From contig CAJVPI010000039.1 in NCBI GenBank assembly GCA_910592345.1, forward strand, positions 52,073-72,072: DNA of 20,000 nucleotides. Direction: 5' to 3'. Numbering within the stretch: position 1 is the stretch's first letter; each line of letters starts with the position of its first letter. The notes beneath the pieces are model-generated. The model did no database searches. It had not been told where the DNA came from and saw only the letters and a list, made by a program, of their open reading frames with translations. This document shows positions 10,135 to 20,000 of this stretch, piece by piece. The stretch comes from Paraglomus brasilianum. Its lineage: Eukaryota. Both the position numbers and the translations under genes were made by a program.

Positions 10135-12625
10135 TCAAATCAACATACAACCAGTTGTTGTTTTCATACCTGCAGCTGAATCCAAATCATGGCTATTTCT
10201 TGGTTTGGGCAAATCTCCAGTAGGTAAGAGTTTACTAGAGTACTTACTCTCCTTCTCGAGACGCGATAGGGGCTTTACATCATTATAATAGATGGTATTC
10301 CATGCATTGCTGTCATCAGAATCATCTGCACTCAACTTTTCAATAAGTTTTTGAAAATAGTCCCAAAAAAGCGTATTTGCATCTGGACGCTTATCAGGAT
10401 CAGCATCACAACACAACTCAGCAATCTTTTTATATTCCTCTGGTGCTGAATCAGGTATCATTGGCCGTAGTCCACCCATAATATCACATACTAAGTCTCT
10501 ATCAAACTGCCTATCTCTAAAAGGTGGTTCACCAGTGGCCATCAAATACATAATAATACCAAAAGCATATATGTCTGATTTCTGAGTAAATTTGCAAGTA
10601 TGAAAGACTTCCGGTGCAATAAAGGGTAAAACGCCTCGAATGGTTGAATTTGACTCGCGTGAATTTACTGATCGTGAGAGGCCAAGATCGCATATCAATG
10701 GTGCTGTCTCGGATAAATTATCATGCAAAACTATGTTTCCGCCATGAAGATCACAATGCACTAATCCTCTATCATGAATAATACACAAATTACGAGCAAT
10801 ATTCCACAAATAATCCAATTTCGTGTACCATGTCAATTTGTTTATGTTTTGATCCAAATAAGACAAAAGACTACCGTGGTTAGCATATTGCATAACAATC
10901 ATATACTCTTTTGTTTCTGGATCTTGTGTGAGTCCATAAATATCAAGGAATGGCTGACTATTACTATGCTTGTCAATGATGCACTTGGCATGATTTCTGA
11001 ACTATTAATAAAAATAAATACAACATTAAATTAAATATCACTTTAATTAATACTACCAATAATTGCTTACCTCAGAAATAAATAATTCCGGCGTTTCATC
11101 AAAACTGTTAAACCGTTTGAGAACAACAGTTTGTGGCATATCCTCTTCTGAATACTTTTTATATTTGGTAGTATAAACTGTTCCATAGCCACCAATTCCA
11201 ATTTCCTTCATTTCATCAAATTCAGTATACTGGATGTACTTTACATGTTTATTCTTTTGTATAAATTTATCCAATAGTGAGTGTATGTCATGGTAGAACA
11301 ATAAATAGTATTTTTGAGTAGATGGCTCTTGAGTAATGCCAATTATCCAAACATTATCTGGTGTTAATATCTTGGGGTATTTGTTTATTAGCTATTTGAG
11401 TAAATAATCAATGTCAAAACAAGTGATATGCACTTATCAATTGTATTGTTTATATGTGAAATAATTACCTGATAAAAATCAAACGACTGATCATCCCATT
11501 CATCAACTATCTTTTTGAGTGTCACTTGTGTCAATTCATTTGTTGTTGGTTCTGACCAATCTGCTGTATTAGTATGTGTGCAATCGTGGCTCTGTTGTAC
11601 ATTTGTCAATAGAGAGTATTCAATCCATTGTATGTATGCATCTTGTTCCTTCTTAATATTCTCCCATGATTCCATAATAAATGAATCCAAAGATTTGTTG
11701 CCAGTAGTCCAATCTAGTGGTCTTGGTGCTTTACACCAATAACAGAATGCATTTATCTTAGATTTGAATTGCTCTGCACATGCTAGACATATTCCAATCT
11801 CATCTTCTTGTTTCATTAGGTAATACTTTTGTTCACTTGCTTTGTATGTATATCCAATGATAACCCAAACATCTTTGGTAAGGATATCTGGATGCCCATC
11901 AAATAACTAGTGGAAATAATATGCCAATAGTTATTACAATTCAACTAACATGATGCATAAGTAATAATAATTGAATAGTTTACCTTGTCACAATCTGTCT
12001 CATCTGTTATTTCAAGTGGAATCAATGTCACATGGCCAGGAGTAGGCAGACCAAACAAGCATGTGTCATATCCCTCATCATCAATACAATCGTATGGAAT
12101 CCACTCCAAATAGTGCTCATTTGCAGAGTTTGTTTTTATTTGAGATTTCTTAATAAACTCATCGAGTTGTTTATTGTTGCTAGTCCATCCATCGGATAAT
12201 TGTTTATGACCACAAATGCACCACACGGGACTACATCGGAGTATTCCACACGCGGAGCAGAATCCATATCGAGAATAACAATAGTAAAAGGGTTCATCAG
12301 CAACCATGTAATCCTTGTCGTCATACTTGGTGAATCCTTTTATCATGTTGTTGCGCCGTTTAAGCCATATGGAATATCGTTTGAAGCCATTGTCATCATT
12401 ATTGTACTTGTTTGTCGGAAGTGAGTATATTCTGGTAAACTCACTCACTAGTGTTGGTGTACTTCCAAGTAACAGCATCATTACCGTCGTTTTCTTGACC
12501 CCGCCTTCATTGTAAATAGCGTAATGAACTTTGTCAACTTGACTTGGCTTTATGTCGGTAATATCCGAATGAGGAATCAAATGAAGTAAGCTGTTACTTG
12601 CTAGATTGCAAATGTCCTTCGACAT
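10135..12625 (-). CDS. Tyrosine-kinase-like (TKL) protein kinase, about 755 aa, with N-terminal tandem degenerate N-lobe/Cys-cluster modules
   Basis: Exons 12625-11984, 11906-11469, 11391-11071, 11001-10135, with all introns phase 0. A further donor at 10169 is possible. Kinase motifs GIGGYGTVY, VVLK, HCDLHGGNI, DLG, GVLPFIAPE, SDIYAFG, CCDADPDKRP. WTSNNKQLDEFI..WIPY is characteristic of the expanded Glomeromycotina TKL family. Confidence 0.9.
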
Positions 12626-14078
12626 GGTTTCGGACAAAATTTACAATCTCGCATTTTTGTGTACGTCATATATTTGCAAATGCGGAATGCTGTATAACTT
12701 GAATTGCCGAAAACTTTGTATGTCAAAGTTATGTGAGTTGCCAATACTACATCATTGTAGGATGTACAGTATTAATTCCCCATCGAAGTTGTTTGTATAA
12801 AGACAGACTAAACGATTATATAGTGGAATGTTGGTATTTCCAACGTAAGTCCGGTCGCTGAGACCAACCATATAAGGAAATTGTAACAAAAATCATTTTA
12901 GACGTTTACAATACTTTGCCTCAACACAAGAAGCGCTGACAGAATGTGATTCGGTATGTTGAGTGGAGCGAGAGCTGCATCATTTTGCTTCACTAAACAT
13001 TTATTCTTCGTCTCTATCTTTTAGTAAATTCGCAATAGATAAAACGTTGCTAAAAATAGATTAATCAGCCCTTTTGAAAGATATAAAAGCAGTGTTCGAA
13101 GTATTCGAATTAGTTTGATTTCTTTATTTTCATATCATATTATCAATAGACGAGTAGTTCATTTACTCTGAACCTATACATTTGATATTATATTCCCTGA
13201 ATTTATTCGATATTAATATAGTTGTTGAACCACTAATCCCTACATCGGAGAAAGAGTAATCGCTTATTACTCCCGTGGCAACTACAATATGCTCATACCA
13301 AAACGTGTTTGTTATAGTCATAATAATAAATATCATATATCCCAACCGGTAGACTACCCAATGATAGAGAACTGAGGCTTACTCGAAGACAAATTAATGA
13401 GAATCATCGACACTGAGAGTCGTGAGTAGGAAAGCCTGGTTTAAAGGTCACTAACTGTCTATTTGTTTAACTAAAAGTAGGAGAGCCCACTCCGTTCGAA
13501 ACTAGCTAAATTTCTACCAACCGCTTGTCGACATCGTCCAACCTAAATCCGTTTCTTGATAGAGTATTAAAACCGAGGTGTGCGAAAGCCGTGAAGAAGT
13601 GTTTCTGTATGAACAGACAGGGCCACCAGACTTCAACTTTATATCCATGATTATAAATTGATCAGAACTGTCTTGATTTTTTTGTGGGTATAACAAAGCT
13701 CAGCTTTTGTTGGTATATCCACAGCTCTCGACTATTTCAGTCTTTTATGAAAGAAAAACAAATCAACAGGTGGGCTAAACGAAGGATACATGTGATAAGC
13801 TTACGATGTGTTCTTATTATGTCTCAAAATAATCCTGCGACCCCGCAAGTGTGCCATGAAATTCGAATAATGTGCCCTATAGGTAACAACACTTTTTTTT
13901 CAACTTAACAGGTCTTCGTTACTAATAATGAGTGCTTTCCCAGTCTTCCGTCTTTGTTAATTTTTACTATTTCTGAAAGTATGAGAACAAGTACATGTTC
14001 ACGTATTTTTACAAATTAACGCTTAATTATTCTTTGTTTAATATAAATTTTTATCAGAAAATTGATTTCAATTACACG

Positions 14079-14645
14079 CCGCTTCAACATTAGCTTACAC
14101 CTTAATTGAAGCGGGTAACGTTAGCCAGGCTGTGTATTTGTTGTTTCTCCGGCTCAATTCGTTCGTAGAGTGAATGTGTCGATTAAAGCGTTAACCATCA
14201 AGCCTTTTTAAGTCGGCAGATACCTGGAAGCAACGATTACAGGCAGGCATTTATTAGGTAAATGTTAGTTAAAGAATATGCATTAGATTTCTACGACTAG
14301 CGGATACGTTAACCGGTTAGCATCTACTCCCTTGGCAATACAGACATTATGACTTGTGAATGACCGTCCGCAATACCGAGTCGATAGGCAACCCTAAATG
14401 GTTAATTTGTAAAAGCACTCTATCATTTTCATTCCCAAGAATCGTTCAAGTGATTATCTCGTTCATAACTTTGAGAGATAGGTTACAACACCAGGGACGT
14501 TGCGTTTGTAAATGGAGAATATCTGATTACTATTGCAACACAAAGCGTGTCTGAGTCACTCGATAGAACGCTTTTTGTTATCATGTCCAATTACTGTCGG
14601 CTTGTGGATCATACTCGCAGCCAATGAGCATGATGGAGATCATGC
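14079..14645 (+). ncRNA. Candidate structured non-coding RNA (hypothesis: telomerase RNA); identity and strand unproven
   Basis: At least ten hand-found stems, including nested ones, and AACCCTAA at 14390-14397 directly after a helix. No convincing ORF. Confidence 0.3.
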
Positions 14646-14699
14646 AATTGCAAGTATAAATCTGCAATATTATATGGATGTTTTACTTATTCGCTTGTC

Positions 14700-16175
14700 A
14701 TGTCGAATTCTGCAGATCAGAAGTGAGTAACTCTGTTCATTGAATGCATAATCGACATTTAAAATAGGACTTAGTCACTCTCCCCATACTTAGTATAGAT
14801 GAACCTGCAGATGAACGGGTTCAAGAGGTTCTCGAGGACGGAAACTTGAGTGATACCGAACTACTTGGAGAACTAGAAAATGACGAAGACTCGGTAATAG
14901 CCAACATACGTGAAAGGAGGATGGAGCAATTGAAACAAGAGTAGGTGCTATGCGGCTGGTTTTTTCTTGGATCTATATTTCAAATGACAGGATAATCGAT
15001 CGATAATAGGATGGCCAAGATGCAAGAAATGCGTCAACATAACCACGGCACTTACGAAGAAATTCCAAACGAAAAAGACATTTTGAAAATTACAACGTCA
15101 ACGAAACTTTGCGTTGTTCATTTCTTTCACAAAGAGTTTCGGAGATGTCAAATTATAGACAAGCATCTAGCGGTATGCTCTCACAGCTTTGGGGCTTTGG
15201 TTTTTGTACTCCAATACTTTCATCTTAGTCACTATTGTCTGGTTCCTTTTTTACCTAGCCTATCTCGCAGAAACATTTCAAGACGAGATTTGTCAAGATC
15301 AACGTCGAGAATGCGCCATTCCTCGTTGAAAAGCTGAAAGTACAAGTCTTACCGTGTGTAGTTAGCTTTATCGATGGGATATCAGTTGACAGGTAAGTGT
15401 AATTTGGCATTCCCAATATTATTGTCGACAACCTTATTCGACCCCCTGTCCGATCAATACAACGGGAAAATCTGTTATATAGAATTGTTGGTTTTGAGGA
15501 GTTAGGGAACACAGATTCCTTCACTGCTGCAGCACTTGAACTTCGACTGTCAAAAAGTGGTATGTGTGTTAATTGCAAGGATCATACTTGGCGAGTGGAA
15601 CAGAAAATGGGCTTTCATTTGTCGGCCAGTTCCTGATTTAATTAATAGATCGTCTGAGGTATTTTCCCAGTATACAGCTTCAATCCAGTTAATGTTTTTC
15701 CCTCTTAAAAATGGCCCAAGGATTTACGATAGACTATTGCTTTATCTACGAATCACACCTTTTTTTTTGCCACGCGCCTGGTGCGTGTGTGCAATCCATT
15801 CTAAAAACAATCCAATCATGACATATATTTGTAGAGCAAAAGCTCGAAACATTAGTTGAATTGGAGCAATTTAGATAGTGAGAAACTATCTCAAATGATC
15901 TATTGATTAATCAAAAAGTGGGAAAAGCCGTGAGATTATGATTGATGAAATCTGCGGCTTTAAGCTTTTTAAATGATACAGTTTTTGTCAATAAACGATC
16001 TCATCTTTTTTCTTTTCTTTCCTGTTCACTCTGTATTTTGATTTACACATTGGTTAACTCGTTCATTGATTCAGGTGTAATATCAAAGCCAGAAAGCCAG
16101 AGATCCGAAGAGCAACGAAAGACAATATTTGGCTTTTCTGGAGGAGACGATGACGATGACGATGACGACGATTGA
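14700..16175 (+). CDS. PLP1: Phosducin-like thioredoxin-fold protein (Plp1/TXNDC9 type), 6 exons
   Basis: Exons 14700-14722, 14794-14940, 15010-15172, 15259-15392, 15483-15559, 16075-16175. Motifs IRERRMEQLK, HGTYEEI, VVHFFHKEFRRCQIIDKHL, NAPFLVEKLKVQVLPCV, DRIVGFEELG, LELRL, and a poly-Asp tail. Confidence 0.9.
15850..15983 (+). ncRNA. Possible intronic H/ACA-like snoRNA in PLP1 intron 5
   Basis: Hairpin AGATAGT/ACTATCT (15873-15891). A second hairpin has stems ATCA/TGAT, AAAGCCGT/GCGGCTTT and AGATT/AATCT, followed immediately by ACA (15978-15980). No clean H box in the hinge. Confidence 0.3.
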
Positions 16176-16422
16176 GATTAAAAACCAAACGCAATAATTT
16201 GTTGCAGTTTCCTTGGTGATTTTTTATATTTTTATGTTCAAATCACGTGTCAGTATTTAATAAAGTGCGGGTTTGTTGTGCAACATAATATTCAACAAAC
16301 ATGAGTTGTGTGTTTCTTAATGTCCTTCAAAAACCATACATCTGTCACGTCAAGCCGCATTACTTTGAATATACTGTGAATCTAAAAATCTTAAGTACTC
16401 GCACATAAAGGCCTGAGCGATC

Positions 16423-19277
16423 ATGCCGAGCAAGGCATATCATGTCACTCATATACTGCTGGCAGAATTTGACATAGACAAAGGTGCCTCGTTAGCATAC
16501 CAATATCCTGAAGAGACTGGTACAGACGAGCAGTAAGTCCGACTTGTGAATTCCATTACAATTAAACCTTTTGATCTAATTAATTAACCGTCTGCAAAAG
16601 TCTCCTGGCAGAACTCATGCTTCCGGACGGGGCACACTTACGATCAGAGGATTGGACCGTATTCTTCTTGAATCAGACGATCCCGGATCTAGAAAAAATA
16701 CAGACTGATGAGAAGCAAAAAAAGAACAAACCCCAATTGCTTTACGTGTTGAATTTGGTCAGGACAAAACACGACACCAGTGTACGAAGGTCAGATAAGA
16801 GCTTTTTCGAGGAATTAATTATCCTTACATTAGTTTTTTCGCCAATTAACATCACCGAAATATATTGCAGAGGGGCGATGGTTAAAGCAATGGCCATTTG
16901 TACAAAGCATCAATTTCTTCACATATACAAGGTCCGTCATTCGAACGTGGACTCAATTTGTATCACCAAAGTTTTATCCCCAATAGTATACAAACATTCT
17001 CCTCCCATACTTATTCCTTCTGGTTTTCTTTTTCATATAATTGCTTACATTTTTCCTCCTCGATTCGCGACTTCTGTAGCCAGTTCTTTTATTAGCTCTT
17101 GAAAAATATTTTCAAGATCCTTCTCGCGAAACACTTGCAGCACTGTATGAATCGGTGAACTCTATGGATGTTTCCAATATGCCGCATCTATCTGCTACAG
17201 AGAGGGCAATTCTTCGCGCATCGGAGAACAAAGACATGTTTGAAGAGAAATTTCTTCCGTTTGAGAATAATCAAGGCGAAAACGGGACTAAAGGATCAGG
17301 CAATGCAGACAAATCAGGCACAGAGGCAGCTGACGAAGAGAGATTGGCGAAATTGAAACGTGGAACATATATAAATTTGTCTTCGAGAGAGTTGATGTCT
17401 AATCTCAATAGTAAGAATAAAGATAGACACTTTTTCGAGACATCTGTTGTGTATAATGAGATTAAATTGCCGATAAGAGTGCCATTGACTGTCATGCCGG
17501 AAGAAGTTGGCGATGTGAGTATTGATAAGTGGGAGGAGAAAATGTGGTGTCGTTTATGAGGCAGTATTATCGACAGCAATATTGGTTTTATGTATATAGT
17601 ATTAGTATTATACATCAACGCTTGAATAAGATAGTACTTGAATGTATTTGGCAATTAATTTCCTTTTTTTACATTCTGCAGTTCTCTCTCATTAAGCTTA
17701 TTGCCACATTCCAAAACTCTTCACTAGTCAGTAATCACCAATACCATCCACACCTTGACACAAGCGGTAGTCAGACGCATCCACTTATACTGCTACTCAA
17801 TGCACTCCTAACGCAAAAACGTATTATTTTCCTCGGTCAAGGGCGTCCATCCGGAGAAGTAGCTAATTACGTACTGGCAGCCTGTGCAATGGGAAGTGGA
17901 GGCGGGGGCGTACTTCGAGGATTCAGCGAACGTGCATTTCCATATACTAATCTAACGCAAGTAGATGAGTTGTTGAAAGTGTAAGTTTGGGATGGGGTTG
18001 GCGTAAGTGCAGAATCTTTGGTCTTTTTTGGGGGAAGCACATTAAGAGAGTCTACTAAATTGTGATAACTATTGACGCTCGCTTATAGACCGGGGTTCAT
18101 TGCTGGCGTAACCAATCGTATTTTTGAAGATCATAGTACTTGGTGGGATGTATTGTGTAATATAGATACGGGTAAAATAACTGTGAGCAAAGATATTGCA
18201 GTGCCGATAGATGAGGATGATGCAGATGATCGTAGCGAGGACATAAAAAGTCCGTCTTCAGGAAAGGGAGAGTCGGGCAAAGACAAATGGGATAATTCGG
18301 ATAATGAGTTTATTAATGAGGTAAGTCAGCATTATATGCTGAGTGTTTAGTAATGTATAAAAAACATACTAATTGGTGTGATTGTTGTTCCAAGGTTATT
18401 CATAACATCAACCATCACTATGGCGAAATGGCCATTCGTGCAAAGTTTCAAGACTACGTACAACGTTTTGTTCGGTTAGCTGCTATATATGAAGCAGAGG
18501 TCGTAGGATCGACTACGATCGGAATGGCACAAGCAATTGATAGTAAATATGCTTCTCTTGGGACTGGCCTTGCATTTCCCGATGAAACTAGCAAACAGCG
18601 TGAAATGGCTGCTAATATTAACAGGATTAAGGGGTGGAGAAAAAGCATATCGTACAAGGACTATCAGCAGGTAAATAATAATGTTGCAGCACCTTTTGCA
18701 TTGAATTTCTGACGAGTAGAATTTTTGCGAATAGGACTTTGAGGATTATTTAAAGAACAGATGTATCAAGGCATTTGATGTCTATCACCAAGTGGCGAAA
18801 TTGAAAACACTGAAAAATATGCCCGAAGAAGACGTTGAGATTCTGTACAAAGCTTTTGTTGATAATATAGTAACGGATGACCAGATCATCGAAGTAAGTC
18901 AAACGAACTTTATAGTTGGACAATTTGGAATATATCTTAATAATGTAAATGTATGTTGTCATTAGTTCTTATCTTACCTGCCCCAGAACCAAGGTGGACT
19001 CTTTCCAGTAGGTCTAGGTCTATTTTATCCGCGCGAGAGTGTCCGTTCTTACACTGTTGAATTATTCAAGAGGATAAATGCACACACTGTAAGTTGATGA
19101 TTGTATTAATTTTCTTTGCAGCTACGTGCTGGCAACTCTGACTATTTACTTCACTCATAGACGGGTGTCAAGTTTGTCCAGAGTCTTAATTACTTCCAGA
19201 AATTCGCGTTCGAACGACAATTAGCATCCTTACCAGACATATCCGATGCCAACTCGCGCGCCACGGAGCAACAATAA
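16423..19277 (+). CDS. AFI1: Afi1/MesA-family polarity protein (DENN-related; Afi1 N-terminal plus SPA domain), 10 exons
   Basis: Exons 16423-16532, 16601-16789, 16871-16931, 17080-17514, 17682-17980, 18089-18320, 18395-18670, 18735-18893, 18966-19088, 19161-19277. Motifs [72 protein letters not shown]...WWDVLC. Confidence 0.92.
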
Positions 19278-20000
19278 CAATACTGTACAATACATAGAAA
19301 ATATAGACCGAATATTTCGTGCTTTGGGATAAAACATCAGTAATTTATGTTTGCGAAAGTGAGTGGCATAGTAATAGAGTTAATGCATGCGTGGGTTTAA
19401 TTAATGATTGGGTACACTCGTGAAATTCAATTAATCAAAAAACGGAAGATCAAGTGTGCTGTATTCCCCAACAATGGACTTTGAACAAGATTTGTATTAC
19501 TAAAATTTATATTTAACTGACGTAATTAAAAGTTTTGTGAATTTAATACTGTAACTTGATTATCACCAATCTAACGTTTTTATGTTTCAACCTTGTCAGC
19601 GTAGCGTAAATCTTATCGTAGGTATTATTATATGCGATAATCAATCATACGCTCAGTTTCAGCCCTGAGGGTTTTCATCTTAGTATGAAAGTCTCTTTCC
19701 GTTGCTATCTAATTTATCGGTTAATTATTCAACGATTTGTAATTAATCAAGAGATAAAGTTAGGCTCTTATTCACGAGACCTTAAAAACAATGCCGAATC
19801 GTCACGTAACAATTGTCCACGTTATCTCTATTTATAATAAAGTAATATACAGTGTGTTAAGAAAAAAATTGGCCTCTGCTTTTTTTACAATAACTTCATA
19901 GAAACTGCTTCAATTTTAACATAGAATGGCTTGTTTGAAAGCTAGAAAGCAAGGTTTTTACCAGTATAAAAAACATATTTTATTAATAATTGATTCGTTC

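Noticed and set aside
13375..13680. Hairpin AGGCTTACTC/GAGT..AAGCCT and a stop-interrupted frame (EVFLYEQTGPP)
   Set aside because: An isolated imperfect stem and a weak peptide resemblance, both compatible with chance.
17271..17654. Antisense or alternative-frame ORFs in the track (this one, 377-625, 3809-4036, 15255-15578 and others)
   Set aside because: They are shadows of the spliced genes and carry no independent motifs.
19446..19457. AAGATCAAGTGT, identical to part of U2 snRNA
   Set aside because: Only 12 nt; the GTAGTA branch-recognition sequence and flanking U2 sequence are absent.

Overview
This is intron-rich, AT-rich fungal nuclear DNA, most consistent with an arbuscular-mycorrhizal (Glomeromycotina/Mucoromycota) genome; that assignment is inferred from the lineage-typical TKL kinase and the short GT-AG introns. 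Spliced genes reconstructed by hand are: a bacterial-type DusA tRNA-dihydrouridine synthase (- strand, runs off the left edge, one in-frame TAG), MED1, URI1/Bud27, a TKL kinase with tandem degenerate N-lobe modules (-), PLP1/TXNDC9 phosducin-like, and AFI1/MesA. A TA-flanked pogo/Tigger-type MITE lies in a MED1 intron. An accessory block between URI1 and PLP1 holds PIF1-helicase and transposase remnants. The least explained signals are a hairpin-dense non-coding region (14079-14645) with an AACCCTAA motif directly 3' of a helix (speculative telomerase RNA candidate), a 515-nt structured intron with H/ACA-like features, and the single TAG inside an otherwise intact dusA.
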